A stretch of DNA of 64,000 nt from Bacillota bacterium. GTDB lineage: Bacteria > Bacillota > UBA5301. Location: NCBI GenBank assembly GCA_017656135.1, contig JACDOJ010000006.1, positions 6,776-70,775 of the forward strand, read 5' to 3'. Under the pieces are notes generated by a model. It was not told the origin of the DNA and searched no databases. It saw nothing but the letters and a program-made list of their open reading frames with translations. The translations under genes were made by a program, and so were the position numbers. Below are positions 19,317 to 32,618 of the stretch, in pieces (within the stretch, counting starts at the first letter, position 1; each line of letters opens with the position of its first letter).

Positions 19317-20759
19317 CTACTGCAGCTTCTTTCTGAGGAGCTCGTTAACCAGCTTCGGATTGGCCCGGCCTTTAGTGGCTTTCATAACTTGACCCACCAG
19401 AAAGCCAATGGCCCGGTCCTTACCATTGCGGAAATCCTCTACCGACTGCGGGTTGGCGGCGATAACCTCGGCGACCACCTTCTCCAGCTCTGCGGTATCA
19501 CTGATTTGGGCCAGACCCTTCTCCTTGACGATGTCATCCGGGTCTTTGCCGGTTTTGAAGCTCTCCTCCAGAACTGTTTTGGCCGCTGTGTTGCTGATGG
19601 TCCCTTTGTCCACCAGTTTAATGACCCTGGCCAGAACCTCCGGGGTCACCTTAGACTCGGTGATCGCCTGGCCGCTTTCTTTCAAGAGCCTGGTCAGCTC
19701 GCCCATGACCCAATTGCTGACAGTCTTGGGATCGTTGTGGAGCTTGACGGTAGCCTCAAAGAACTCAGCCATATCACGGTTGGAGATGATCAGTTCCGTG
19801 TCGTACTCCGGCAGGCCGTACTCATGGACGAAACGCTGCCACTTGGCCTCAGGCAGCTCCGGCAGCCTCTCCCTGACCTTCTCGATCCACTCCGTGGAGA
19901 TGACCACAGGAACCAGGTCCGGCTCCGGGAAGTACCGGTAGTCGTTGGCCTCCTCCTTGCTGCGCATAGAGTGAGTCCGGCCGGTGCTCTCGTCCCAGTG
20001 CCGGGTCTCCTGAATCACCTTTTCACCCCTATCGAGCAGCTTAGCCTGACGCTTCTCCTCGTACTCCAAAGCCTTCTGCACCGCCCGGAAGGAGTTGAGG
20101 TTCTTCAGCTCCACTTTGGTTCCGAATTTATCGCTGCCCACCGGCCTGATGGAGATATTAGCGTCGCAGCGGAGCGAGCCCTCCTCCATCTTACAGTCAG
20201 AAACCCCGGTGTACTGCAGGATATTCTTCAAGGTAGTTAAGTAGGCGTAGGCCTCGGCCGGAGAACGCATATCCGGCTCAGAAACGATCTCGATCAAAGG
20301 AATACCGGTCCGGTTGTAGTCCTCTAAAGAATACTCTGAGCCTAGGATGTTGTCTCCGGAGTGTACGCTCTTACCCGCCTCCTCCTCCAGGTGGATTCGG
20401 GTAATCCCGATCTTCTTGGTCTTCCCGTCCACGTGGATGGTGACGTAACCGTTCCGGGCCAGAGGCAGATCGTACTGGGAGATCTGGTAGGCCTTGGGTA
20501 GATCCGGGTAAAAGTAGTTCTTTCGGTCAAACTTATTATACGGCTGTATCTCACAGTTCAAAGCCAGGGCCGCCTCGATGGCATACTCCACAGCCTGTTT
20601 GTTTAGGACCGGGAGCACCCCAGGCAGTCCCAAGCAGATCGGGCAGACCTGGGTGTTGGGTTCGGCCCCAAAAGTTGTGGAGCAATCACAAAAGAGTTTG
20701 GATTTTGTTCGGAGCTCGGCGTGAACCTCCAGGCCGATGATGGTTTCATACTTACTCAC
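19317..20759 (-). CDS. gatB: Asp/Glu-tRNA amidotransferase subunit B
   Basis: [43 protein letters not shown]. Confidence 0.97.
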   Translation of the reverse strand: MSKYETIIGLEVHAELRTKSKLFCDCSTTFGAEPNTQVCPICLGLPGVLPVLNKQAVEYAIEAALALNCEIQPYNKFDRKNYFYPDLPKAYQISQYDLPLARNGYVTIHVDGKTKKIGITRIHLEEEAGKSVHSGDNILGSEYSLEDYNRTGIPLIEIVSEPDMRSPAEAYAYLTTLKNILQYTGVSDCKMEEGSLRCDANISIRPVGSDKFGTKVELKNLNSFRAVQKALEYEEKRQAKLLDRGEKVIQETRHWDESTGRTHSMRSKEEANDYRYFPEPDLVPVVISTEWIEKVRERLPELPEAKWQRFVHEYGLPEYDTELIISNRDMAEFFEATVKLHNDPKTVSNWVMGELTRLLKESGQAITESKVTPEVLARVIKLVDKGTISNTAAKTVLEESFKTGKDPDDIVKEKGLAQISDTAELEKVVAEVIAANPQSVEDFRNGKDRAIGFLVGQVMKATKGRANPKLVNELLRKKLQ

Positions 20760-22239
20760 AGGCAGCACCTCCTTTTTCCGGCAGCTTGGGCCGTCTTTCT
20801 CTGGCACCGGTCAGCTTCTCCACAGCATAGGCCACATGGAGGATGGTGCCTTCACCGAAGGCCGGTCCCATAATCTGAAAGCCCACCGGCAGACCTGCTT
20901 CTGTATAGCCGCAGGGAACCGAAATCGCCGGAATGGCTGCCATATTCGCCGGCAAGGTGAACATATCCGACAGGTACATGCTCATCGGGTCATCGATCTT
21001 GTCTCCCATTTTGAAAGCCGGGGTGGGAGTGGTGGAGCTGACGATCACATCCACTTCCTCGAAGGCCTTCTGGAAGTCTTGGACAATCAGAGTCCGGACC
21101 TTTTGGGCCTTCAAATAGTAGGCATCATAGTAGCCCGAACTTAAGGCGTAGGTGCCCAGCATGATCCGGCGTTTCACCTCGGGACCAAAGCCCTCACTGC
21201 GGGTCTTTTTATACATGGTCAAAACATCCGGCGCGGTTTCGCTGCGGTATCCGTAGCGGACACCGTCGTACCGGGCCAAGTTAGAACTGGCCTCCGCCGG
21301 AGCAATGATATAGTAGGTAGCTAAGGCGGCATCGGTATGCGGCAGAGAGATCTCCTTGACCTCAGCACCGGCCTCCTCCAGCTTCTGGACGGTCTCCATA
21401 ACCTTGGTTTTAACCTCGGGATCGATGCCTTCCACGAAATACTCCTTGGGCAGGCCTATCTTGAGTCCTTTGACATCTTCCTTCAAAAACTTGGTATAGT
21501 CAGGTACCTCCTTGTTAACGGAGGTGGAATCCATGGGATCATGACCGGCGATGGCGGTGAGAACCAAGGCGGCATCGGTGACGTCCTTGGTTATAGGACC
21601 GATCTGGTCCAAGGAGGAGGCGAAGGCCACCAACCCGTAGCGGGAAACCCGGCCGTAGGTGGGTTTCAGACCGACCACACCACAAAAAGCCGCCGGCTGC
21701 CGGATGGACCCGCCGGTGTCAGAGCCCAAGGTGAAAATGGCCTCATCAGCCGCCACAGCCGCCGCGGAACCGCCACTGGAACCGCCGGGGACCCGCTCTA
21801 AGTCCCAGGGGTTGGCGGTGTTAAAGAAGGCACTGTTTTCGGTGGATGAACCCATGGCGAACTCGTCCATGTTCAACTTACCTAAAAGCGGCGACATGGA
21901 CTTGATCAGCTTCTCATAGACCGTGCTGTCATAAGGGGAGATGTAATTCTCCAGCATCTTGGATGAACAGGTGGTCCTGATTCCTTTAGTATTCAGGTTA
22001 TCCTTGAGGCCCATAGGAATGCCGGCCAATTCTGGCAGATCAGACCCTTGTGCAAGCTGTGCATCCACGGCCTTGGCCATGGACTTGGCTACCTCCGCGG
22101 TAACCGTGACGTACGCTTTGATCACCGAATCCAAGCTGTCAATCCGTTCCAGCACCGAGTCGGTGATCTCAGCGGCGCTGACTTCCTTGCGTCGGAGCAT
22201 GTCCCGGAGTTCATGGGCGGTATATTGATAAAGACTCAA
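20752..22239 (-). CDS. gatA: Asp/Glu-tRNA amidotransferase subunit A
   Basis: Amidase signature [33 protein letters not shown]. Confidence 0.97.
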   Translation of the reverse strand: MSLYQYTAHELRDMLRRKEVSAAEITDSVLERIDSLDSVIKAYVTVTAEVAKSMAKAVDAQLAQGSDLPELAGIPMGLKDNLNTKGIRTTCSSKMLENYISPYDSTVYEKLIKSMSPLLGKLNMDEFAMGSSTENSAFFNTANPWDLERVPGGSSGGSAAAVAADEAIFTLGSDTGGSIRQPAAFCGVVGLKPTYGRVSRYGLVAFASSLDQIGPITKDVTDAALVLTAIAGHDPMDSTSVNKEVPDYTKFLKEDVKGLKIGLPKEYFVEGIDPEVKTKVMETVQKLEEAGAEVKEISLPHTDAALATYYIIAPAEASSNLARYDGVRYGYRSETAPDVLTMYKKTRSEGFGPEVKRRIMLGTYALSSGYYDAYYLKAQKVRTLIVQDFQKAFEEVDVIVSSTTPTPAFKMGDKIDDPMSMYLSDMFTLPANMAAIPAISVPCGYTEAGLPVGFQIMGPAFGEGTILHVAYAVEKLTGARERRPKLPEKGGAACE

Positions 22240-22253
22240 CTCGACTCCTCCTT

Positions 22254-25134
<2,881 letters not shown>

Positions 25135-25170
25135 CTTGCGTCCCCTTTCAGTCTGTAGATACTTAGACAC

Positions 25171-26841
25171 CTATAGCTGCACCTCCTGTACTGCCCTTCC
25201 CAAAGGCGGAACCACCTGTTTCTTGCGGGAAAGGACTCCTGGGAGAAAAACTCTCTTATTCTGAACTGGGTAGCCGAAGGCCTTTTCCACTACATGAACG
25301 GCGGGACCGCTTACCAGAAGTTCGCTACCGTGCTTGAAGAGATCGGTCACCATGAGCAGGAACAAGTCTAGACCGTTATTCTTCCGGTACGCTTCCATTT
25401 CCTCTAAAACCTGGCCGCTCCTTTCCAAAAACCGATCCAGATTAACTGTTTCCACCTGGGCCACTCCTACTTGGAAACCCTCACCAAAAGTATATTGCTT
25501 GAGGTCCTCGGTGATCATCTCCGCCGGGGTCAGACTCTCCAGGTCGGTTCCGGCCTCAAGCAATTCCCGGCCAAAGGCCTCGATATCTGTTATACCGCTG
25601 ATACCGGCTAAACGTTCGGCCACCCGCTTATCTTTTTCCGTGGTGGTCGGGGACTTAAACAAAAGGGTATCACTTAAAACCGCCCCCAAAAGCAGGCCGG
25701 CAATCTCCGGGGACATCAGCACTTTTTCCTCCCTGAAGGCCTCCGCCACCAAAGTTGCCGTGCTGCCCACGGGTTCATTACGGAAGTAGATGGGGTTGAC
25801 GGTCTGAACGTCTCCTAAGCGGTGGTGGTCAATGACCTCCAGGATTTCAGTCTGAGAGAGCCCCTCAACCGACTGGCTCTCCTCATTGTGATCCACCAGA
25901 ATCACCTTTTTGGCCGGTCCTGCCAGAAGGCTGCCCCGGTTGATCAAGCCGACCAACCGGTTGTTTTCATCCACCACCGGGTAGTTGCGGTGCTTGTACT
26001 TAACCATGCGCTCCCTGACCTCATCCAGGAGGTCAGTAGGTTTAAAGGTCAAAACCTCCCTGTTCATGGTGGTGCTCACCGGAAGGCTCATGGTGATCCG
26101 TCTGGCCACCATGTAGGTATCCAGAGGTGAAGAGATAATGAAAACACCCCTCTCCTTGGCCTTGGCCAAAACCTTCTGGGAGACGGGGAAACCACCGGTG
26201 ATAATCAGGCAGGCACAGCCGGCCTCAATCGCCGCTTCCTGAGCGTTTTCCCGGTCTCCGATGAGCAGGATATCTCCTTGGGAGAAGTAGGTAGCCATGC
26301 TCTCCGGGCTCATCGCTCCGATGAGCACCCGGCCGGGTAAGATCTGCTGCAGGACCTTATCGCCAGTCGGGGTCAGGAGCCTGCCCTCAACGGCGGTGAC
26401 CAGGTTTTTGATTTTCAAAGGGGTTTCACTGAGCCTGAGGTGATCCTCGGCAAAATACTTCTTGGCCACATCCCCGACGGTCACAATGCCGACCAGGCGC
26501 ATATCCTCCTCAACCACTGGAACAGCCCGGAGCTCTTTCTCTCTGATGAACTTGCCGATATCAATCAAAGGGGTGTTTGGGTGAACATGCGGGACACTCC
26601 GCTGCATGACGTCACCGACTCGGCCCCAGAGATCAGGAACAAAATCGGGGGGATCAAAACCGAATCTATCCAGGACGAACTCGGTCTCAGAATTAATTGG
26701 TCCGAGCCTGCCCGGCTTGGCATAGAGTTCAACTCCGTCCCGGCGCCAGACGGCGTTTTTCAGGTGACTATAGGCAATTGCTGAAGCGATGGAATCTGTA
26801 TCAGGATTTTTGTGTCCAATGACCCATACCTGGTTGCTCAA
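25171..26841 (-). CDS. ppaC: Mn-dependent family II pyrophosphatase with CBS-DRTGG insert
   Basis: GHKNPDTDS, CBS pairs, IGDR...ITGG, DHH, SRKKQVVP. Confidence 0.92.
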   Translation of the reverse strand: MSNQVWVIGHKNPDTDSIASAIAYSHLKNAVWRRDGVELYAKPGRLGPINSETEFVLDRFGFDPPDFVPDLWGRVGDVMQRSVPHVHPNTPLIDIGKFIREKELRAVPVVEEDMRLVGIVTVGDVAKKYFAEDHLRLSETPLKIKNLVTAVEGRLLTPTGDKVLQQILPGRVLIGAMSPESMATYFSQGDILLIGDRENAQEAAIEAGCACLIITGGFPVSQKVLAKAKERGVFIISSPLDTYMVARRITMSLPVSTTMNREVLTFKPTDLLDEVRERMVKYKHRNYPVVDENNRLVGLINRGSLLAGPAKKVILVDHNEESQSVEGLSQTEILEVIDHHRLGDVQTVNPIYFRNEPVGSTATLVAEAFREEKVLMSPEIAGLLLGAVLSDTLLFKSPTTTEKDKRVAERLAGISGITDIEAFGRELLEAGTDLESLTPAEMITEDLKQYTFGEGFQVGVAQVETVNLDRFLERSGQVLEEMEAYRKNNGLDLFLLMVTDLFKHGSELLVSGPAVHVVEKAFGYPVQNKRVFLPGVLSRKKQVVPPLGRAVQEVQL

Positions 26842-26857
26842 AGTGGAAACCTCCTTG

Positions 26858-29047
26858 TTAGTTCACATTCTTCAACGGCGCAAACCCAGCCAAAAGCTTC
26901 TTCACACCTTCTCCTGGAAAGGCGACCACCAGCACGGCATCAGGACCTTGTCCATCCACCTTGACCACGGTCCCGGTTCCCCACTTGGTGTGAACCACTT
27001 TCTGCCCAGGGACGAAACCGGCTGGTTGAGAGGTGGGTTTCCGATAGATAGACTGGCCGGCAGCGGCTCTCGGCTCAGGTTTGGCTGAGGATTTCACACT
27101 AATCCTGCCACCTAGAGCCGGGGACCTGATCTCCTCTTTAAGCTCCCCGGGAATCTCCTCTAAAAACCGAGAAGGCAGGCGGTTCTCAGTCGTGCCAAAA
27201 ATCGTGCGTCGGCCGGCGCTGGTCAAATAGAGGCGTTCCTGGGCTCTGGTAACCCCGACGTAACAGAGCCGGCGCTCCTCTTCCAGCTGCTCCATCTCCC
27301 AGATCGACCGGGCGTGGGGAAAAATTCCCTCCTCCAGGCCGGCCAAAAAAACCACCGGAAACTCCAACCCTTTGGCACTGTGCAAAGTCATCAGGGTCAC
27401 GGAATCATCGCCTTCATCATAGGTATCAGGATCTGAAAGCAGGGCCAGCTGCTCCAAGAACAGGCCGACGCCCTCTCCGGGCAGCTCTCGGTCGTACTGC
27501 TGGGTGGCAGAGAGAAACTCGCTGATATTCTCCAGCCGACCTTTAGCATGCTCATCTTTGGTCTGTTGCAACTCCGCCCGGTAGCCGGAAAGCTCCAAGA
27601 GCTCCTCAACCAAAGAGGTCAGCGGGGTCTCCTCTTGTTTGGCCCGGAGTTGTTCCATGAAGGTCACAAACTCCACCAACTTCTGCTGGGTCCGACCTGG
27701 AAAGTCCACCTTACCCTTGGCGATATCCAACAGGGCATCGTAGACGCTCTGACCTCTTTCAGCGGCGAGCTGTTCCAGCTTGGCGTAGGTGGCAGCACCG
27801 ATGCCACGTTTGGGAACATTGATGATCCTCTGCAAACTGATGTTATCGGCCGGGTTGTAGATGACCCGGAGATAGGCGATTATATCCTTGATCTCCTTGC
27901 GGTCGTAAAAGCGCAAGGAGCCGACCACTTGGTACGGGATCCCGGCGTAGAGAAAAGCCTCCTCGAAGGGGCGGGACTGGGCGTTGGTCCGGTAGAGGAT
28001 GGCCATATCCTGATTACGGTAGCCTTCCCGCTGCAGTTTGGCGATCTCCTCCACGACATACCTGGCTTCATCCCGTTCATCGGCTGCCCAGTACACTTTG
28101 ATAGGTTCGCCCCGGCCTCGGTCGGTCCAGAGTTTTTTATCGGTCCGGGCGATATTGTACTGGATGAGGCTGTTGGCGGCATCCAGAATGGTGCCGGTGG
28201 AGCGGTAGTTCTGCTCCAGCTTGATGACTTTGGCATCAGGGTAATCCCGTTCAAAGGCGAGAATGTTTTCGATGTCCGCTCCCCGCCAGCCGTAGATACT
28301 CTGGTTGTCGTCACCGACCACACAGAGGTTGCGGTACTTGGCGGCCAGGAGCTTGACCAGCTCATACTGGGCCTTGTTGGTATCCTGGTACTCATCGACC
28401 AAGAGGTACCGGAAACGCTCCTGGTAGTAGTCGAGAACATAAGGCTGTTCCTTGAAGAGCAGGGTGGTTTCCATAATTAAGTCATCGAAGTCCAGGGCTT
28501 TGTTCTCCTTGAGCCGCTCTTGGTACCGCTTGTACACCCGCTCGACCTGCTGTTCCCAGAAGTCTCCCGCCTGGGAGCTGTACTCCTCGGGGGTCTTCAG
28601 CTCGTTTTTGGCCTTGCTGATGGCCTCGAGAAGACTGCGGGGCGGGAAGTTCTTGTCGTTGATATTCAGTTCTTTTAACACCTCTTTGACCAAAGCAATC
28701 TGATCAGAGCTGTCGTAGATGACAAAATGGGGGTCGAGGCCGTTTTTGGCCCCGTCTGCCCGCAAGATCCGGACACAGGCTGAGTGGAAGGTGCTGACCC
28801 AAATCCGCTCGGCTGAGTAGCCCAAAAGCTTTTCCACTCGTTCTTTCATTTCCCCGGCTGCTTTGTTGGTGAAAGTGACAGCCAGGATGTTGGCAGGGCT
28901 GACCCCTCGCTCAGCGATGAGGTAGGCGATCCGGTGAGTCAAAACTCTGGTCTTGCCTGACCCGGCCCCTGCCAAAACCAGTAGGGGACCGTCGCCGTAG
29001 GTCACTGCTTCCTTTTGCTGTGGATTTAGGTTACTCAATATCTCCAT
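26858..29047 (-). CDS. pcrA: ATP-dependent DNA helicase PcrA
   Basis: AGAGSGKT, VDEYQDTN, QNYRS, LHSAKGLEF, EERRLCYVG.TRA, C-terminal Tudor-like domain. Confidence 0.96.
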   Translation of the reverse strand: MEILSNLNPQQKEAVTYGDGPLLVLAGAGSGKTRVLTHRIAYLIAERGVSPANILAVTFTNKAAGEMKERVEKLLGYSAERIWVSTFHSACVRILRADGAKNGLDPHFVIYDSSDQIALVKEVLKELNINDKNFPPRSLLEAISKAKNELKTPEEYSSQAGDFWEQQVERVYKRYQERLKENKALDFDDLIMETTLLFKEQPYVLDYYQERFRYLLVDEYQDTNKAQYELVKLLAAKYRNLCVVGDDNQSIYGWRGADIENILAFERDYPDAKVIKLEQNYRSTGTILDAANSLIQYNIARTDKKLWTDRGRGEPIKVYWAADERDEARYVVEEIAKLQREGYRNQDMAILYRTNAQSRPFEEAFLYAGIPYQVVGSLRFYDRKEIKDIIAYLRVIYNPADNISLQRIINVPKRGIGAATYAKLEQLAAERGQSVYDALLDIAKGKVDFPGRTQQKLVEFVTFMEQLRAKQEETPLTSLVEELLELSGYRAELQQTKDEHAKGRLENISEFLSATQQYDRELPGEGVGLFLEQLALLSDPDTYDEGDDSVTLMTLHSAKGLEFPVVFLAGLEEGIFPHARSIWEMEQLEEERRLCYVGVTRAQERLYLTSAGRRTIFGTTENRLPSRFLEEIPGELKEEIRSPALGGRISVKSSAKPEPRAAAGQSIYRKPTSQPAGFVPGQKVVHTKWGTGTVVKVDGQGPDAVLVVAFPGEGVKKLLAGFAPLKNVN

Positions 29048-29233
29048 AAAAAACAAAAACTCCCAAAAGATATTCTGAAGAGCATATTTGGTTTGTATTC
29101 TCCTTTTTGGCCTCCTACTCCTCCGGCAGATTTTTCTGGAGAATGCTATTTTACCATATAAAAAGGCTGCTGACAGTACTCTCAAGAGTACTTGGTCAAC
29201 AGCCTATCTTTCAAATACGCTCTCACACAATTC

Positions 29234-30331
29234 CTATTCCACCGGGACGAACCGGTCCTTGAGCCTCTCCATCACCTGAGGCATGGTGGTGTATTCCATC
29301 TGATCCAGAGGGAGCCGGTGCGGTTCAAAAGGACCCATGCGGCGCATATAATCCGCTACCTGCATCGCATACTCCCTTGCCGTCTGGAAGCTGGGATCAG
29401 CGAACATATCCCTAGGACCGATAAGTTTGCCGTTGCAGAGCTGATATCCATAGCAAACCACCCGGGGCGGCCCGTCGAACCGGCTCGGAGTATCCTCTTC
29501 AAAGGAGACCGGCATCAGAGGACCGTAGTGAGAACCTCGCATCCACCCGGCCACCAAGTGTGGGTATCCAAAGGGTTCTAAGGCCTCCCCCACGGCCGGC
29601 AAGCCGCTCTGGCAGCGCACCATTAGAACAGGGTCGTCTTTACCGACATAACGGCCGGCCATGAGGTTCAAGCGCTGGGTAGAGGTGACAGCCACCGACT
29701 CAAAGCTCCCTTTCTTATATACGTTTTTAACCACAAACCGGTCCGGGGCCCCGATGAAGAGCAGAAGATCATAAAGCTCCTCCGGAGTCCGGAACCGGGC
29801 CTTCTTATGCTCGATGAGATCTAAAACCTCAAACTCGAAACCATCATGCATCTTAGGATCGATGACCAAACCTGGAGTATTAAAGGGGTCAGCGAACATC
29901 TTGTAAAGCGGCAAGTTCCACGCTCCCGGCTCGGTCTTGTCGGCCAGGAAGATCAGGATAGGCTCACTCTTTCGCTCTTCAATGGTGAACTCGGCGATGC
30001 CCGGGCCCATACCCCGGATGTTACCGCTGAAGGCATCGCTTAAAAGGTCCTGACCGGCTCCATAGAGCTTGAGCTCCTTGGCCAGTTCAGTGGTAGCCTC
30101 AAAGGTCTCCCAGGCCAGGCGGTGAATGGCCTCCTCATCAACTTTGCCGTTATGGGTAAGGATCAAAGCCAGGTCATCGCCGACCTTGGCTAGGTCGAAA
30201 TCGATTATCAAACCCTCCTGCTGGGCTTCGATCAGTCGCTCCTCGGCAATATCAAAAGAATCCGGGTGGACCGCCGAGTGACCGACAAACCCACCAGTAT
30301 CAGCCTTAATAACGGATACAGTAATGCTCAT
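29234..30331 (-). CDS. fbp: Bifunctional fructose-1,6-bisphosphate aldolase/phosphatase (class V FBPase)
   Basis: KAD.GGFVGH, YGAGQDLL, DPFNT.GL, YVGKDDP, GWMRGSH, FEPHRL. Confidence 0.93.
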   Translation of the reverse strand: MSITVSVIKADTGGFVGHSAVHPDSFDIAEERLIEAQQEGLIIDFDLAKVGDDLALILTHNGKVDEEAIHRLAWETFEATTELAKELKLYGAGQDLLSDAFSGNIRGMGPGIAEFTIEERKSEPILIFLADKTEPGAWNLPLYKMFADPFNTPGLVIDPKMHDGFEFEVLDLIEHKKARFRTPEELYDLLLFIGAPDRFVVKNVYKKGSFESVAVTSTQRLNLMAGRYVGKDDPVLMVRCQSGLPAVGEALEPFGYPHLVAGWMRGSHYGPLMPVSFEEDTPSRFDGPPRVVCYGYQLCNGKLIGPRDMFADPSFQTAREYAMQVADYMRRMGPFEPHRLPLDQMEYTTMPQVMERLKDRFVPVE

Positions 30332-30378
30332 ATACATCCTCCTTCTTCCTTGAGATTTCGCCTTGATGGGTTTCGACT

Positions 30379-30476
30379 AAAAAAGAAAACTAGCCATACC
30401 ACCTCCATCTTGGATATCCAAGAGGGGTGAGTAATGGCTAGCCAGATTCGTCGATAAACCTGGGAGGCATTACTCC
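30379..30476 (-). promoter_or_regulatory. Riboswitch-like leader / attenuator upstream of fbp
   Basis: Terminator CTAGCCAT...ATGGCTAG plus U-tract. Its 5' arm overlaps CATTACTC, which can alternatively pair with upstream GAGTAATG and enclose the hairpin CCAGGTTT-ATCGAC-GAATCTGG. Confidence 0.7.
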
Positions 30477-30504
30477 AGCCCGTTATTACTTTTTACTTAG
30501 TCTA

Positions 30505-30533
30505 TATTTCGCGGATCGAAGAAACATTCCTTC
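30505..30533 (-). promoter_or_regulatory. SigH-type promoter (fbp leader)
   Basis: GAAGGAATG...GCGAAAT, i.e. AGGA-17 nt-GAAA. Confidence 0.55.
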
Positions 30534-30546
30534 TAATTTTATTTTA

Positions 30547-31539
30547 CTAATTCGAAAGAGATTTTGCTCTATTCCCCATGAAATAACTGTGGTTGAGAAA
30601 CTTAATCACCAGTCCCCTGGTACTGGCTGCTGTTGCCTCTAACCTGCTCTGAACCAGTTTCCAGAGTTCATTCAGCTCTTCCTGGGGCTCTGTACAGTCG
30701 TAATCTGACTCAGGAATCCTAACATCTTCTGCCGTGTTCAGTTCAGGCCAAATTGCGAGGATCAATCTATACATTCTTACAGCCTGTTTCCTGGCCTTCA
30801 TGTTTTCCCCCTCTGCGTAGTTAACGATGTCATTAATCTGAGCAACCTCCGGGCCGGTCAAGGCCCTCAGTAGAGAGGGGGATCCCTTCCGAAGGTGGTA
30901 ATCGTAGTACTCTTCTATGCTGTAGTGAACATTGGTAGCCACGGCATCTGCCGCTTTGATATTAAACCGATGTCGAAAGATGAAGTCGCTGACCGGCAGG
31001 GGCAAGGCGTGCAGGGGCTGACCCAGATCCTGCAGGTAGTGGATGGACCTGGCCAAAAAGCGAAAGGCCCAGTAGAGGTCCCCCTTCTCATACGCAATCA
31101 GGGCCAAATCGTAGAAGTGCTGGGCTCTTTGGGGAGCCTCACCTAAAGAGATTAGGCCCCCCCAGAGAGTGTAGCGCTGGTGCCGCCACCCCTGGCTGCC
31201 TCCGGTCAAAGCCTGCTTAGGGTCAAGTTCCAGATCTGTATCCAGGTCCCAATCCGGTTCCGAAGCGTAGGTGGCCAGTATCTCCAGGGCCGAAACCCGT
31301 TCACCGAACCCCCCCAACTTGTACTCGATCATGAAATCTGGGTTGTAGCTGGACTGGTCATACTCCCCGTAGGAATACGGGGTTATTTCGATGGAATCGT
31401 AGGCTGTCAGGGCCTTAAGGTCCTTAAGAGCCTCATAAGTGATCACATCATGGCCATCCCAAGCCAAAACAGTTGGGGCCAGAAGAACCACCAAGAGCAG
31501 AGTGGCCACCGGCCCCAGAGATTTCAATTGAAAACGCAT
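30547..31539 (-). CDS. Secreted Zn-dependent phospholipase C / S1-P1 nuclease-like protein
   Basis: Signal peptide ending VLA, mature N-terminus WDGH, HYLQDLGQPLH, H..IE zinc ligands. Confidence 0.72.
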   Translation of the reverse strand: MRFQLKSLGPVATLLLVVLLAPTVLAWDGHDVITYEALKDLKALTAYDSIEITPYSYGEYDQSSYNPDFMIEYKLGGFGERVSALEILATYASEPDWDLDTDLELDPKQALTGGSQGWRHQRYTLWGGLISLGEAPQRAQHFYDLALIAYEKGDLYWAFRFLARSIHYLQDLGQPLHALPLPVSDFIFRHRFNIKAADAVATNVHYSIEEYYDYHLRKGSPSLLRALTGPEVAQINDIVNYAEGENMKARKQAVRMYRLILAIWPELNTAEDVRIPESDYDCTEPQEELNELWKLVQSRLEATAASTRGLVIKFLNHSYFMGNRAKSLSN

Positions 31540-31622
31540 TCTTCTCCCCCCTGTCTGCTGCTTCCAGTACGCTAAAAATTTTTCATTACAGGCTGTTTCT
31601 CCTTTAGCGGGGGGCTTGTCCA

Positions 31623-32618
31623 CTAACTTCTGAAGAAAACATGGTTTCCGATGACGGCAGTGACCGGTTGGGATCTGACCCAGCTGCCGACCGCGGTCTT
31701 CGGGTTGTAGAAACCATTGGCTCCGTTGCTGGGGTCTATGCCGGCCAGGGCATCATCAACCGCCCGGTAGGCCGAAGGAATCGCCGGGTTGTTTATGTAG
31801 CCGTTTAGCACCGGTTCATACTGGTAGATTCCGTTCCATTGTTGATAGATGACATCTCTCACGTTATTGGGGTAACGTGGATCCCGCACCCTGGCGAGCA
31901 CGGTCGCGGCGACGGCAACTTGCCCTTCATAGGGCTCACCTCCGGCTTCAGCAGTAACCAGCCGAGCCAAAAGGTCCCGCTCGGCTGCGGTCAAGGTATT
32001 GGTACCGGGAGTGGTGGAAGCCGGAACCGTGCCATCGTTACCTGTAGGAATGACGAGTTTCTGACCGACGTAGATGTAGTCGCTCCAGAGGTCGTTGGCC
32101 TGTCTTAGATCAGCAATGGTGATCCCAAACCGCCGGGCAATCAGATATAAGCTATCGCCAGGCTGAACCTGGTAGACCACTTTGCCGTCTGCAGTTTCAC
32201 CAGAAAAACTACTGGACGGAATAACCAGTTTCTGGCCAACTGCCAGGAATATCCCAGAGAGGTTATTGGCCCTCTGGAGCGCTCCTACCGTGGTGTTAAA
32301 ACGCCGAGCAATCAAGAACAAAGAATCACCGGGCCTAACAGTGTAAACTTGCGTCCCGGAAGTAACCTCCGAGGGCTGAAAGCTGCTTTCGGTGGCTGGA
32401 ACCTTGATCACCTGTCCCACTTCCAGGTAGGACATGCGGGCGGAGTTAATCTTCTGTAGGTCTTCTGCACTAATGCCGTAGCGCAAACCAATCAAATAGT
32501 ATGAATCACCAGGCCGCACCACATAAGTGGTAAGTTCGAGGGCTTGCACGCTTCCGGCTGAGAGAACTGAGATAAATACCACAAATGCAGCGACAAGCAG
32601 TAACGAACGAGAAATCAT
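31623..32618 (-). CDS. 3xLysM plus SleB-type cell wall hydrolase
   Basis: Three Y.V.PGDS..IA.R LysM repeats; LARLV.AEAGGEPYEGQVAV, IGNHVF. Confidence 0.9.
   Translation of the reverse strand: MISRSLLLVAAFVVFISVLSAGSVQALELTTYVVRPGDSYYLIGLRYGISAEDLQKINSARMSYLEVGQVIKVPATESSFQPSEVTSGTQVYTVRPGDSLFLIARRFNTTVGALQRANNLSGIFLAVGQKLVIPSSSFSGETADGKVVYQVQPGDSLYLIARRFGITIADLRQANDLWSDYIYVGQKLVIPTGNDGTVPASTTPGTNTLTAAERDLLARLVTAEAGGEPYEGQVAVAATVLARVRDPRYPNNVRDVIYQQWNGIYQYEPVLNGYINNPAIPSAYRAVDDALAGIDPSNGANGFYNPKTAVGSWVRSQPVTAVIGNHVFFRS

Noticed and set aside
19293-20240. 315-aa plus-strand ORF
   Set aside because: Fully antisense to gatB with no motifs; a shadow ORF from codon bias.
27548-28480. 310-aa plus-strand ORF
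   Set aside because: Antisense to pcrA; no RBS or recognisable domain.
29048-29185. N-terminal extension of PcrA (similar extensions on gatB, hpt, mtnA, ICDH, tsaD)
   Set aside because: Longest-ORF artefacts; homology and RBS positions support later starts.
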